A stretch of DNA of 63,730 nt, filler included, from a candidate division NPL-UPA2 bacterium Unc8 (lineage in GTDB: Bacteria; NPL-UPA2): assembly GCA_003574845.1 (NCBI GenBank). It is 8 parts of 7 records of this genome, joined end to end, with 100 filler letters (N's around TTAATTAATTAA, not from the genome) between each part and the next. Parts side by side here need not be neighbours in the genome. Positions count along the whole stretch, not along the records: positions 24,849 to 41,164 come from NDHY01000002.1; positions 41,265 to 48,398 come from NDHY01000021.1; positions 48,499 to 52,471 come from NDHY01000022.1; 5 more parts are not named here. One strand, given 5' to 3'. Shown in pieces: positions 40,236 through 50,968 of the stretch. The number at the start of each line of letters is the position of its first letter. Within the stretch, counting starts at the first letter, position 1. The translations under genes were made by a program, and so were the position numbers. The notes beneath the pieces were generated by a model, which had not been told where the DNA came from, did no database searches, and saw nothing but the letters and a program-made list of their open reading frames with translations.

Positions 40236-41164
40236 ATGAAAAAGGATAGAGATTACGTTTTGAAAACGGTAAATGAGAAGGACATTAAATTTATCAAGCT
40301 TCTCTTTACCGATGTGCTTGGCTTTCTGAAGAGCTTTGACATCACAGCTGGAGAACTTGAGGCAGCATTGGAGAATGGTATAGGATTTGATGGCTCCTCA
40401 ATAGAGGGATTTGCCAGAATTGAAGAAAGCGATATGGTAGCTCTTCCTGATCCATCCACATTTCGTATTATTCCCTGGCAGTCAGGCGGCAGAAAAGTGG
40501 CAATGATGTTCTCTGACATTCTTGAGCCAGATGGAGGTGTCTTTGAGGGTGACCCGCGCTACATATTGAAGAAAAATCTTGCCAGAGCAGAGGAGAGAGG
40601 ATTCACTTATCACATTGGTCCTGAGTTAGAGTATTTTTATTTTTCTAACTCCCAGGAGGCAAAAGCTCTGGATCAAGGAGGATATTTTGACCTGACTCCT
40701 CCTGATATCGCTCGCGACTTTCGTCATGAGACAGTTGCCGTTCTTGAAGAAATGGAGATTCCAGTAGAATACAGTCATCATGAAGTCTCTCCATCCCAGC
40801 ATGAAATTGACCTTCGGTATGACGCCGCTCTGCAGATGGCAGACAAAGCAATGCTTTATCGTTTTGTAGTAAAAGAAGTTGCCCTGCAAAAAGGAATATA
40901 TGCTACTTTTATGCCAAAGCCAAGCTATGGTGTTAACGGCAGCGGAATGCACGTTCACCAATCTCTATTTAAGGGAAAGAACAATGCTTTCTTTGACCCC
41001 GATGACAAATATCATCTTTCTAAGACAGGAAAATGCTTTCTTGCCGGACTGCTTGTGCATGCCCGGGAAATAACTCTCATCACTAATCAGTGGGTTAATT
41101 CCTACAAGAGGCTTATCCTCGGGTATGAAGCTCCTGTTTATGTCTCATGGGCACAACGCAATAG
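40236..41164 (+). CDS. glnA: Glutamine synthetase type I (3' end lost in gap)
   Basis: FDGSSIEGF, GPELEYF, HHEV, ATFMPKP, NGSGMHVHQS, NSYKRL..GYEAP. ATG 40236 has a GGAGG RBS. Confidence 0.95.
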
Positions 41165-41264
41165 NNNNNNNNNNNNNNNNNNNNNNNNNNNNNNNNNNNN
41201 NNNNNNNNTTAATTAATTAANNNNNNNNNNNNNNNNNNNNNNNNNNNNNNNNNNNNNNNNNNNN
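41165..41264. other. Artificial contig linker
   Basis: N44-TTAATTAATTAA-N44. Confidence 0.98.
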
Positions 41265-41351
41265 AAGCCCAATTGCTCGCCTCTTTTAAATTGATTAGTT
41301 GGTTCATATCTGATTACCTTGACCGCTTTCTTTCTCGCTAATTCAATTTGA

Positions 41352-41425
41352 TGGGCGATACTGGGTTTGAACCAGTGACTTCTACCGTGTGAAGGTAGCA
41401 CTCTCCCAGGCTGAGTTAATCGCCC
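41352..41425 (-). tRNA. tRNA-Val (CAC)
   Basis: GGGCGAT acceptor stem, anticodon arm CTACC-TTCACAC-GGTAG, GGTTCAA T-loop; no encoded CCA. Confidence 0.95.
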
Positions 41426-41502
41426 GCATATTGAGTTCATGGAGTTAATAGAGTTTATTGAGTTTATAGAGTTAACTCAAGTAACTCAACAAACTTATTT
41501 GA

Positions 41503-41576
<74 letters not shown>

Positions 41577-41967
41577 AAATCTCTAAGTTTTGAAGATACT
41601 CCAGTGGCAGCTCTTCTGTCAAGTTTATCTGAATTTATTTTAACTATGCACAATCTTATGATATCCTAAATGTAACTACTCAGGAGTCAGAAGCCAGAAG
41701 TCAGGAGTCAGGAGCCTGAACCCCTTAAGGTATTAGGTCTTGGGTATTAGTGGGCACACCTCTTTTAATCATCGGTATCTCGCTCCCTAAACTCTAAAAC
41801 CTACCCTGAACTTGATTCAGGGCTAAAACCTAAATAGCTAATAGCTATCAGTGTTCAGCAATCAGCTAAAGGATGATGGCTCGAGCGCATGCTTACAGGA
41901 CTCATACAAAAGCTGAAAGCTGAATGCTGAAAGCTATAGACTGTAGGCTGTTACACAGGAAAAGGAG

Positions 41968-42969
41968 ATGATAATTATGCAAGAGAAGCCTTTATATCGG
42001 GTGAGTAACGACAACCAGCTCCTGATAAAATTTCCAGGTGAGAGCAAATACGAGCCTGTGAAAGGAGAGTTTAAGATTGATTACAAAAACAGGTTGATTT
42101 ACCAGATTAGAGAACCTGAAAAGTGGCGCAGAAGATATGATGTTCCCGGAAAAATTGTCTTTGAAGGTGAATGGGGTCTGAGTCCTAATTATGATTTAGT
42201 ATTAAAATTAGCGAAAAGAGAGTGGCGAAGGAAAAGCTTGACATTAAAAGGAGTAATTTTAGATGCCGAGAAGGATTTTCTATCTTTTAAGATAAGGAGC
42301 AGGCCCTCAGAAGGAATTACCCGGGTCACTTATCTAAGACTAAGAGGTGTCTGGCATTCCGACAGGTTTAACAGGATTATTTTTGAGGTCCGCAAAAGAG
42401 AAAAACCTGATGTCTTAATCTTCAGAAATGCCTGGCAGTTAGCTAAAAATAAAGAGATTATCTACATTTATGAAAAATTAAAAACCAGAGAAAAGCACAC
42501 CCTGACCTTCCGAGGCTACTGGGAGCTGTCGGATAAAAACAGACTGACTTATGTCATAGAAAAGAGTAAGGAATCCCGTTTTGACTTTCGCGTTAACCTG
42601 CAAACCCCTAACTTATATCCTGCGAGAGGAAAAATTAAATATCGCATTGGCATCGGGTTAAAAAAGAGAAGGAAAGAGAAGCTGATTGTCCTGGCCGGAA
42701 CATGGAAATTCAGTAGAGAATTGGGACTCACTTTTGAGATGGACTACGGGAAAGACAGAATTAAAAGATTTATTTTTTCATCTCGTCTGAGCCTGAAAGG
42801 AAGAGACAAACTTATTTTTTCTCTCCACACCAGAGACAATCAACCTCTGGGAATAAGCATTACATTCAGGCGTGATGAGCTTGCCCATAAGGACTATGAA
42901 TACTTCCTGCGTCTGAAAAAGAAAGGGAGAGACGTTACTATAAAATTTGGCGGCAAAATCCGCTTCTGA
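41968..42969 (+). CDS. Hypothetical basic, beta-rich protein with internal G-x-W repeats
   Basis: 333-aa ORF with AAGGAG RBS; repeated G-x-W-x5-(N)-x-L/I motif; ends in Phe. Confidence 0.8.
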   Translation: MIIMQEKPLYRVSNDNQLLIKFPGESKYEPVKGEFKIDYKNRLIYQIREPEKWRRRYDVPGKIVFEGEWGLSPNYDLVLKLAKREWRRKSLTLKGVILDAEKDFLSFKIRSRPSEGITRVTYLRLRGVWHSDRFNRIIFEVRKREKPDVLIFRNAWQLAKNKEIIYIYEKLKTREKHTLTFRGYWELSDKNRLTYVIEKSKESRFDFRVNLQTPNLYPARGKIKYRIGIGLKKRRKEKLIVLAGTWKFSRELGLTFEMDYGKDRIKRFIFSSRLSLKGRDKLIFSLHTRDNQPLGISITFRRDELAHKDYEYFLRLKKKGRDVTIKFGGKIRF

Positions 42970-43036
42970 AAACAGGAGTCAGTGGTCGGTGGTCAATAGT
43001 CTATGGTCTATGGTCAATAGTCTGTAGTCTAACAGC

Positions 43037-43843
43037 CTACAGCCTACAGCCTACAGCCTTTGAACTCAGGGAAGCCATAAAATCTCCAGCTGCGGAAATG
43101 AGAGTCGGTTTTCCAATGTTTTTCTCTATTATCCGAACCAGAGCACTGCCTACGATAATGCCGTCAGCCCACTGAGAAAGCCTGCGAACCTGCTCCGGAG
43201 TGGAAATGCCAAATCCAACGACAACAGGCTTTTTGGTCTTTTGCTTTATGCGTTTCAAAGAAGAAAGAACGCCTGAAGGCAAAGCTGTCCTTGCTCCCGT
43301 AATACCGGTAACTGAAACATAGTAAATAAAACCACTGCTTGAAGCAATTATCGTTCCTATCCTCTCTTCTGTGCTCGTAGGCGCCGCTAAAAAAATGGTA
43401 TCCAGTCCAAACCCTGCGGCAGCTTTTTTCCAGTCTACAGCTTCTTCAGGCGGCAGGTCGGATATGATTACACCATCTACTCCTGCCCCGACAGCATCTT
43501 TAGAAAATTTCTCAAGCCCATATTGATAAATTGGATTATAGTAACTCATCAAAACCAAAGGAATCTGCGTCTCGCCTCTTAAGTTTTTAACCAATTGAAG
43601 GATTACCTTCATCCGGGTTCCGTTATCAAGTGCCCTCTTAGAGGAAGCCTGAATGGTAGGTCCGTCAGCAAGAGGGTCGGAAAAGGGCACTCCCAACTCA
43701 ATAATATCTGCTCCCCTTTTCTCTAATTCCAGCACCAATCTTCTTGTCGTTTTAATATCAGGGTCGCCAGCAGTGATAAAAGGAATCAGAGCAGGTCTTC
43801 CTGCCACCCTTGATCGGGCAAAGAGACTATTCAGGCGGCTCAT
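43037..43843 (-). CDS. trpA: Tryptophan synthase alpha chain
   Basis: [33 protein letters not shown]. Confidence 0.97.
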   Translation of the reverse strand: MSRLNSLFARSRVAGRPALIPFITAGDPDIKTTRRLVLELEKRGADIIELGVPFSDPLADGPTIQASSKRALDNGTRMKVILQLVKNLRGETQIPLVLMSYYNPIYQYGLEKFSKDAVGAGVDGVIISDLPPEEAVDWKKAAAGFGLDTIFLAAPTSTEERIGTIIASSSGFIYYVSVTGITGARTALPSGVLSSLKRIKQKTKKPVVVGFGISTPEQVRRLSQWADGIIVGSALVRIIEKNIGKPTLISAAGDFMASLSSKAVGCRL

Positions 43844-45026
43844 TTTTCATCCTTAGAATGCGTGATACCGCATCAACGTCCTTGTCTCCGCGGCCAGAGA
43901 GGTTAATGATGACAATCTCTTCGTTTTTTAAAGAAGAAGTCATTTTACATACCTGTGCTACGGCATGAGCGCTTTCCAGAGCAGGGATAATTCCTTCCTT
44001 TTCAGAGAGAAGCTTAAATGCTTTGAGCGCTTCTTTGTCTGTAGCATTGACATATTGAACCCGACCACTTTCCTTTAAGTAGCTGTGTTCGGGGCCTACC
44101 CCGGGATAGTCCAGTCCCGGAGCTATGGAGTGAGCTTCCTTAATCTGTCCATCAGAGTTCTGAAGTAAATAGCTCATCGTCCCCTGAAGCACTCCGGTAG
44201 TCCCGGTGGAAAGAGTGGCAGAATGATGATTTGTGGCAACACCGCTGCCTGCGGCTTCAACGCCTATCATCTTTACTTCATCATTTAAAAAAGGATAAAA
44301 GAGTCCTAAAGCATTACTGCCACCACCCACACATGCTACTAAATAATCAGGCAGGCATCCTTCCTTCCTGAGAATCTGGCGGCGCGTTTCCCTCCCAATA
44401 ACGGATTGAAAATCCCTGACTATCACTGGATAAGGATGAGGACCAACTACAGAGCCAATTACATAATAGGTATGCCGAACATTGGTCACCCAATCACGAA
44501 TGGTCTCATTAATGGCATCCTTTAAGGTCTTGCTTCCCGAAGACACCGGAATTACTTCAGCTCCCAATAGTTTCATTCGGAAAACATTTACTTCCTGGCG
44601 AGCTATATCTTTCTCGCCCATATAAATACTGCAATCAATGCCTAATAAAGCAGCAGTTGTTGCTGTAGCTACTCCATGCTGACCTGCTCCTGTTTCTGCG
44701 ATAACTCGTTTTTTTTGCATCCGTTTGGCAAGAAGCACCTGCCCCAGTGTATTGTTAATTTTGTGTGCTCCGGTATGACAGAGGTCTTCTCGTTTCAGGT
44801 AAATCTTTGCGTTCCCAAGGAGGAGGCTTAATCTTTCTGCAAAGTAAAGAGGAGTGGGTCTGCCAGCGTATTCCTTAAGATAATAAGTCAATTCTTTTTT
44901 GAAAGAGGCATCTTCTTTATAGGACGCGTAGGCTTCGGTAAGTTCATCAAGGGCGGGCATGAGGGTTTCCGGAACGAACTTTCCCCCGAAAAGACCAAAA
45001 TGTCCTTTTTTATCAGGCAGTCTCAT
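43827..45026 (-). CDS. trpB: Tryptophan synthase beta chain
   Basis: [32 protein letters not shown]. Confidence 0.98.
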   Translation of the reverse strand: MRLPDKKGHFGLFGGKFVPETLMPALDELTEAYASYKEDASFKKELTYYLKEYAGRPTPLYFAERLSLLLGNAKIYLKREDLCHTGAHKINNTLGQVLLAKRMQKKRVIAETGAGQHGVATATTAALLGIDCSIYMGEKDIARQEVNVFRMKLLGAEVIPVSSGSKTLKDAINETIRDWVTNVRHTYYVIGSVVGPHPYPVIVRDFQSVIGRETRRQILRKEGCLPDYLVACVGGGSNALGLFYPFLNDEVKMIGVEAAGSGVATNHHSATLSTGTTGVLQGTMSYLLQNSDGQIKEAHSIAPGLDYPGVGPEHSYLKESGRVQYVNATDKEALKAFKLLSEKEGIIPALESAHAVAQVCKMTSSLKNEEIVIINLSGRGDKDVDAVSRILRMKNEPPE

Positions 45027-45630
45027 CGGCTCCTCCCACCTCCTTAACTAATTGCGCCATCTTTTTATGATCCTTTATGCCAGGGGAAACTTCTACCCCG
45101 CTGCTGATATCCACAGCATAGGGCCGAACTTTCTGAATAGCAGAGGCAATGTTTTCAGGCTTTAGCCCTCCGGCAAGGATAATCTGCCCCAGAGGTTTTA
45201 CGATGGCGGCAACTTCCCAGCCCTGCTCGTCCACTTGGCTACAATCCAGAAGCAGGCTCTTAACCACTTTCCGGTATGCTTTAAATTTTTCAACTTCCTC
45301 CACTATTTCGCACCCTTTTAGTCGAAAGGCTTTAATAACATTTTGTTCAAATTTTGAACAATAAGAAGGCGACTCTAAACCATGAAACTGAAGGGTATTC
45401 AAGCCACAGATAGAGGCTATTTCTTTTACCTTTCCCTCATCTTCGTCAACAAAAACCCCTACCGCTGTAACAAAAGATGGTAGATGAGAGATAATATCTC
45501 CTGCCACCTCCGGGCTTACCCGGCGCGGGCTTTCGGCAAAGACAAAGCCGAATGCATCTACTCCGATAGAAGCGGCATAGAGGACATCACTTAAATTGGT
45601 CAAGCCGCAGATTTTAATTCTGGTTCTCAA
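45013..45630 (-). CDS. trpF: Phosphoribosylanthranilate isomerase
   Basis: [32 protein letters not shown]. Confidence 0.95.
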   Translation of the reverse strand: MRTRIKICGLTNLSDVLYAASIGVDAFGFVFAESPRRVSPEVAGDIISHLPSFVTAVGVFVDEDEGKVKEIASICGLNTLQFHGLESPSYCSKFEQNVIKAFRLKGCEIVEEVEKFKAYRKVVKSLLLDCSQVDEQGWEVAAIVKPLGQIILAGGLKPENIASAIQKVRPYAVDISSGVEVSPGIKDHKKMAQLVKEVGGADETA

Positions 45631-45631
45631 T

Positions 45632-47479
45632 TCACACTCCCCGAAGCTCTCTTAACATAGCCACTCTATTTCTTGCTCTCATCAAGGCTTCTCCAATCAA
45701 AACCGCCTTCACCCCTGCTTCCTCCATCTGAATTATATCTTCTCTGTTTTTAATACCGCTTTCGCTGACAATAACCTTCTCCGAAGGAATGCAACTTACG
45801 AGCTTTATGGTAGTAGTCAAATCTATTTTGAATGTTTTTAAGTTTCTATTGTTAATTCCTATTATGTCACATCCTGCATTCAGGGCAACTGCCAATTCTT
45901 CCTCATCGTGAATTTCAACAAGTGTATCCATGTCAAGTTCACTGCTCAGAGAAAGAAAGTCTCTAACGGCATTCTCTGAAAGAAGGGAGACAATGAGTAA
46001 AATGGCATCAGCTCCACAGACTCTGGACTCATAAATCTGGTAAGAGTCAATAATAAAATCCTTTCTTAAAACGGGCAGGGAGTTCTTTTTTTTTACCAGG
46101 GAAATGAAATCAAGATTTCCCTTGAAAAATTCCTGCTCCGTTAGTATGGAAAGAGCAGCCGCACCTCCTTTCAGGAAATCATCGGCTATGTCCACAGGGT
46201 TAAAATCTCCAGCCAAGACCCCGGTGATAGGCGAGGCATGCTTGACTTCAGCAATGATATTTACTCTCTTCCCCTGCGTTATCAACTCTTTAAATCTTCT
46301 TGGCGGCGGACAATCCGAAAGCTGCGCCCTGAGACTCTCTATCTTTAATTGCCTCTTAAGTTGCCGCACTTCCTCTTTTTTATACTTTACGATCCGACTC
46401 AGAATAGAGTTCTCTGCGCCTCTGTGCCTCTGTGCCTCTGTGCCTTTGTGCCTTTGTGCCTTGCTAATGTAATTAGTTAGTTCAATCAGTTGTTCAAGTT
46501 TTTTGAGGGCTGCTCCTGAGTCTATGGAGCGGACAGCCTGGGCGATTCCTTCTTTAAAGTCTCCGGCAGCTTCGGCAGCCATAAAGAGAGCCCCGGCATT
46601 TAAGAGAACTATGTCTCTCCTGGGACCCTTTTCTCCATTCAGAACACTTTGAATAATTTTGGCGTTTTGACTGGCATCTCCGCCGATTATATCCTCTAAT
46701 GCTCCCCTCCTTAGCCCAAAGTCTTCCGGGCAAATTTCATAGGTAATAATTTTACTTTGCTTTAATTCTGACACTCTGGTGCTACCGGTGATTGTAATCT
46801 CATCAAATCCGCCTTCTCCATGAACAACCAATGCAGCGACTACTCCTAATTTTTTTAAGACCTCAGACATCACCAGTGTCAAGGCGGCATCATAAACCCC
46901 TAAAAGCTGAACATTTGCTGCGGCGGGATTGCTGAGTGGACCCAGTAAATTAAAAATAGTTCTGATGCCAATCTCTCGTCTTGGAGGAGTGGCATATTTC
47001 ATAGCGTCATGAAATACAGGAGCATAGAGAAATCCAATGCCAATTTTTCGGATACACTCCTCCACCTGCTTTGGGGTGCAGTCAATTTTTACTCCAAGAG
47101 CACTGAGGACATCAGCGCTACCGCACTGGCTGGAGACAGAGCGATTGCCATGCTTAGCTACTTTTAGCCCTCCTCCGGCTACTACAAAAGCACAGACAGT
47201 AGAAATATTAAAGGTGTTGGTGCCATCTCCGCCGGTGCCACAGGTATCAACAATAGTTTCTTCTTTATCCACTTTGATTTTAGCGGCTTTGGCTCGCATA
47301 ACCCTGGCGGCCCCGGTGAGCTCATCAATGGTCTCTCCTTTCATGCGAAGAGCAGTAAGGAAGGCTCCTATCTGAGCATCGCTTGCGGCTCCCTCCATAA
47401 TCTCATTCATAACGTTAATCATCTCCTCTTCCGAAAGATGATTACCACTGACAACTTTAAAAATAATTTCCTTAATCAT
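45632..47479 (-). CDS. trpD: Anthranilate phosphoribosyltransferase - indole-3-glycerol phosphate synthase fusion (TrpD-TrpC)
   Basis: TrpD motifs DTCGTGGDG and KHGNRS; TrpC motifs IIAEVKHASP, LRKDFI, GINNRNL, SESGI. Linker is six octamer repeats. Confidence 0.95.
   Translation of the reverse strand: MIKEIIFKVVSGNHLSEEEMINVMNEIMEGAASDAQIGAFLTALRMKGETIDELTGAARVMRAKAAKIKVDKEETIVDTCGTGGDGTNTFNISTVCAFVVAGGGLKVAKHGNRSVSSQCGSADVLSALGVKIDCTPKQVEECIRKIGIGFLYAPVFHDAMKYATPPRREIGIRTIFNLLGPLSNPAAANVQLLGVYDAALTLVMSEVLKKLGVVAALVVHGEGGFDEITITGSTRVSELKQSKIITYEICPEDFGLRRGALEDIIGGDASQNAKIIQSVLNGEKGPRRDIVLLNAGALFMAAEAAGDFKEGIAQAVRSIDSGAALKKLEQLIELTNYISKAQRHKGTEAQRHRGAENSILSRIVKYKKEEVRQLKRQLKIESLRAQLSDCPPPRRFKELITQGKRVNIIAEVKHASPITGVLAGDFNPVDIADDFLKGGAAALSILTEQEFFKGNLDFISLVKKKNSLPVLRKDFIIDSYQIYESRVCGADAILLIVSLLSENAVRDFLSLSSELDMDTLVEIHDEEELAVALNAGCDIIGINNRNLKTFKIDLTTTIKLVSCIPSEKVIVSESGIKNREDIIQMEEAGVKAVLIGEALMRARNRVAMLRELRGV
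46412..46459. repeat. Octamer tandem repeat x6 (CTCTGTGC/CTTTGTGC) forming the TrpD-TrpC linker
   Basis: Six units = 48 nt; the same octamer occurs intergenically at 24887-24902 and 57722-57745. Confidence 0.9.
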
Positions 47480-47520
47480 GCCGCCCCGAGTCTTCTGTAG
47501 TCTATAGTCTATGGTCTAAT

Positions 47521-47560
47521 TAGATAGAGGCATAATAAGACAGATTTGCTTATTTGGCAA
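47521..47560 (-). promoter_or_regulatory. Sigma70-type promoter of trpDC (near-duplicate of the tgt promoter)
   Basis: TTGCCA-N17-TATTAT; 36/40 identity to 16221-16260. Confidence 0.7.
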
Positions 47561-47592
47561 GGATTTTGAGGTCGGCTCGCAGATTAAAAATC

Positions 47593-48309
47593 CTAAAATC
47601 GCTTTTTTCCCACAGGCATTATATAAAGAGGCACTTCATTCTTTACTCCCAGAATTTCTTTAACGTCCTCATCCCGGAAAGCACCGATTATCACTGTGCC
47701 TAAATCCAGGGCTTCTGCCTGCAAATGAACGTTTTGACCAGCGCCTCCCACATCCATATGGACATAACGCTCACCTCGCTTACCATATCTTCTGGTGGTC
47801 CGGGCAAAGTCGGCGGTCCAAACTATACTTACCGGTGCATTTGCCACCATTCTCTGACCCAAGGCAGCAGCCGTCAATTGCAGACGGAAGTCACCTTCTT
47901 TTACCAGAGTAATAGTATGCTTTCGCCAGTTATAATGATAAATACCAGAAGGCAAACCTCCTACATTTCCAGCAATTAAATATATCTCCAAGGGGTAAAT
48001 GCCTCCTGCAGATGGATATGCCCTCGTTGCCCCGGTTATTCCATCAATAGTCTCGCCACCGGCAGCCCAGAGAAGCTGAGATACCTCTTCCAAAGTCAAA
48101 GGTTCATCTGTAAAGCGTCTTATAGACCTTCTTCTGAAGATAGCCTCCTCAACGGAAAGTTCACCTCTATGTCGAGGTGGAGGCAATCGTATGGTCTCCC
48201 CTCCTTCAGCAATCTCTGGCTGAGACCGCTTTGAATACCCGCCCAAAAGCACCCCACCAATAATGATGCTGGCTAAAATGACTAAAAACCATATCTTCCT
48301 CTTCTCCAT
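47593..48309 (-). CDS. SagB/ThcOx-like nitroreductase with N-terminal membrane anchor
   Basis: RRSIRRF, SQLLWAA, RAYPSAGGIYPLE, YGKRGERY, IGAF. Confidence 0.9.
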   Translation of the reverse strand: MEKRKIWFLVILASIIIGGVLLGGYSKRSQPEIAEGGETIRLPPPRHRGELSVEEAIFRRRSIRRFTDEPLTLEEVSQLLWAAGGETIDGITGATRAYPSAGGIYPLEIYLIAGNVGGLPSGIYHYNWRKHTITLVKEGDFRLQLTAAALGQRMVANAPVSIVWTADFARTTRRYGKRGERYVHMDVGGAGQNVHLQAEALDLGTVIIGAFRDEDVKEILGVKNEVPLYIMPVGKKRF

Positions 48310-48398
48310 ATTTACTAACCTCCACTTATTCCCATATTCCAGGAATCTTATGTTGGCAAAACCGGCATTTTCCCTCTCTTATATTATTACTTAATACT

Positions 48399-48498
48399 NN
48401 NNNNNNNNNNNNNNNNNNNNNNNNNNNNNNNNNNNNNNNNNNTTAATTAATTAANNNNNNNNNNNNNNNNNNNNNNNNNNNNNNNNNNNNNNNNNNNN
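48399..48498. other. Artificial contig linker
   Basis: N44-TTAATTAATTAA-N44. Confidence 0.98.
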
Positions 48499-48676
48499 TG
48501 TTACCCGCCTGCTCCACCCAGAACATCGCCTCTCTTGAAGAGATATCTTCCATCTTCGGCGTAGCTGGAGTTATAGTTATTTCAAAATCGTTTAAAAAAA
48601 TCGGGAAATTTTTAAATAGCAACACCGTTAGTCCCATTGCGATTATAAAAATTAAAAAATTTCGTTTCTTTCTCAT
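48499..48676 (-). CDS. Hypothetical exported or membrane protein, 5' part (cut by gap)
   Basis: MRKKRNFLIFIIAMGLTVLLF signal/TM-like start; GAGGG RBS. Confidence 0.55.
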
Positions 48677-48820
48677 ATTGCTGCCCTCATATTGTTGCCA
48701 AAAGGAAATCAAAACCAGCCTCATAAGCATGCCCCGATGCAAATCGGGGTGAGGCAACTACATCTTTGTCCCTTTATGCCTATCTAATAGCTTTCAGCTT
48801 TCAGCCTATCTACCTGTAGT

Positions 48821-49390
48821 CTATTCGTGATACCCTATAAAATTCTTGAGTAGCTTAACCCCTTCAGTGGTCAGAATGGATTCAGGATGAAATTGAACAC
48901 CTTCTATCTGGAACTCCCGATGCCTGATGCCCATAATCTCTCCCTTCTCAGAACGGGCTGTTATCCTCAGGCAATCCGGCAGAGTACTCTCTTTTACAAT
49001 GAGGGAATGATAGCGGGTAGCTTCAAAAGGATTAGTGAGCCCCCGATAAATCTTTTTCCCATCATGATGGATAAAAGAGGTTTTTCCATGCATAAGTCTA
49101 TCTGCAGATATAATTTCGCCGCCAAAGGCAAAGTAAATAGCCTGATGCCCGAGACAAACTCCAAGGATGGGTATTTTCCCTGCAAAGAGGCGGATGGACT
49201 CAATAGAGACACCGGCCTTCTCTGGAATGCCAGGACCCGGGGAAATGACAAGATGGGAAGGCTGAAGAGACTTCATCTTTGCCACTTCAATCCGGTCGTT
49301 GCGATAGATTTCCATCTCCTCACCTAAGGCTCCAAATGCCTGCACTAAGTTATAAGTAAAAGAATCGTAATTATCAATTATAAGAATCAT
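48821..49390 (-). CDS. trpG: Anthranilate synthase component II (glutamine amidotransferase)
   Basis: IDNYDSFTYNL, SPGPG, GVCLGHQ, QFHPES. Confidence 0.95.
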   Translation of the reverse strand: MILIIDNYDSFTYNLVQAFGALGEEMEIYRNDRIEVAKMKSLQPSHLVISPGPGIPEKAGVSIESIRLFAGKIPILGVCLGHQAIYFAFGGEIISADRLMHGKTSFIHHDGKKIYRGLTNPFEATRYHSLIVKESTLPDCLRITARSEKGEIMGIRHREFQIEGVQFHPESILTTEGVKLLKNFIGYHE

Positions 49391-49428
49391 AGTTTACCTT
49401 CTTCAGTCTACAGCTTACAGCCTAACAG

Positions 49429-50907
49429 TTACAAAATGCCTTTTATGGATAGCTCAAGAGCTCCTTTCATAGCCATCGCCTTATTAATGGTCTCCTTATA
49501 TTCCTTTTTAGCATCCGAATCAGCAACAATTCCCGCTCCAACCTGAAAATAGATTTTATGCCCTTTAATCATCAGAGTTCGAATGGTAATGCAGAAATCC
49601 ATATTGCCTGAGAAGCTAAAATAACCCACTGCTCCGGCATAAGGTCCCCGTTTTGTAGTCTCCAACTCCTCAATAATTTCCATTGCTCGAATCTTTGGTG
49701 CTCCAGTAACGGTTCCCGCAGGAAAACAGGCTTTAAAGACATCAAAGGCATCTTTGCCTGATTTTAATTTCCCCTGAATATTGGAAACAATATGCATAAC
49801 ATGAGAATAACGTTCAATTGTCATCAGCTCGTTTACGCAAACACTACCATACTGGGCTACCCGACCAACATCGTTTCTTCCGAGGTCTACCAGCATAATA
49901 TGCTCGGCTCTTTCTTTGGGGTCATCTAATAAGTCCTGCTCTAAAGCCTCCTCTTCAGTTGGGCTTGTCCCTCTCGGGCGGGTTCCGGCAATGGGTCTTA
50001 ATTCTATTCTACTGTCTTCAACTCTGACCAGAACTTCGGGAGAAGAGCCCACTAAAATCTCATCATCAAACCTTAGATAAAACAGATAAGGAGATGGATT
50101 AATTCTTCTCAGGGCACGGTAAATGGTAAAAGGAGGGATATGATTTCTGCACTGAAACCGCTGGGAAAGAACAGCCTGAATAATGTCTCCCTTGCGGATA
50201 TAGCTCTTGGCTTTATCAACTATGCCAGAGAAAGCTTCTCTACTCATATTGGCATCAATGGAAATTTTTTTCGGCCCAGCCTTCGGTCTCCCTGACCTGA
50301 GAGCGGGGCGCTTGAGATCGGTAATAACATTATCAATCTCTCCTATAGCCTGGTGATAGACAGATTCAGCCTTGTCCGCTGAATCAACATAAGCATTATA
50401 GACAACGCAAATGTCCTGCTTAAAATTATCATATATTAAGACTATGTTGGGAAGAATAAAGATATTATCTGAAAACTCCATATCGTCAGGAACAGTATCG
50501 GGAAGTAACTCAAAAAAGCGAACCTGGTCATAGCTGACAAAGCCCACAACTCCTCCATAGAATCGTGGAAGTTCCTTCGTCTCTACCGGCTGATAAGTAG
50601 ATAGTATCTCTTTAAGATAATTTAGCGGGTCATCAACCTCTTTCAGATGACTGGCGCCATTGCGGATAAGTTCAACTCTTCGTCCTTTACTCTTAAATAT
50701 AAAAGAGGGTTTGAGCCCGATGAAGCTATAGCGCCCCCATTTCTCACCACCCTCCATGCTCTCCAGAAGAAAAGAATACTGACCGCAGTCGACTTTTTTA
50801 AAAATAGAGACAGGAGTTTCCATATCGGCGATGACTTTCCGATAGACAGGAATGAGATTTCCCTTCCGGGACCTTTCTTTAAAAAGTTCTAATGATGGAT
50901 AATACAT
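49429..50907 (-). CDS. trpE: Anthranilate synthase component I
   Basis: FLLES, NPSPY, PIAGTR, AEHIMLVDLGRND, GAPKIRAM. Confidence 0.95.
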   Translation of the reverse strand: MYYPSLELFKERSRKGNLIPVYRKVIADMETPVSIFKKVDCGQYSFLLESMEGGEKWGRYSFIGLKPSFIFKSKGRRVELIRNGASHLKEVDDPLNYLKEILSTYQPVETKELPRFYGGVVGFVSYDQVRFFELLPDTVPDDMEFSDNIFILPNIVLIYDNFKQDICVVYNAYVDSADKAESVYHQAIGEIDNVITDLKRPALRSGRPKAGPKKISIDANMSREAFSGIVDKAKSYIRKGDIIQAVLSQRFQCRNHIPPFTIYRALRRINPSPYLFYLRFDDEILVGSSPEVLVRVEDSRIELRPIAGTRPRGTSPTEEEALEQDLLDDPKERAEHIMLVDLGRNDVGRVAQYGSVCVNELMTIERYSHVMHIVSNIQGKLKSGKDAFDVFKACFPAGTVTGAPKIRAMEIIEELETTKRGPYAGAVGYFSFSGNMDFCITIRTLMIKGHKIYFQVGAGIVADSDAKKEYKETINKAMAMKGALELSIKGIL

Positions 50908-50968
50908 TTTACTACTTACTACTTTTATACCTTATACTACCTTAAAAAGTCAATCAGCAAATCCGCGG

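Noticed and set aside
50908-50968. trp attenuator or T-box upstream of trpE
   Set aside because: Only about 60 nt before the IS; no Trp-codon leader peptide or T-box motif. None seen before trpD either.
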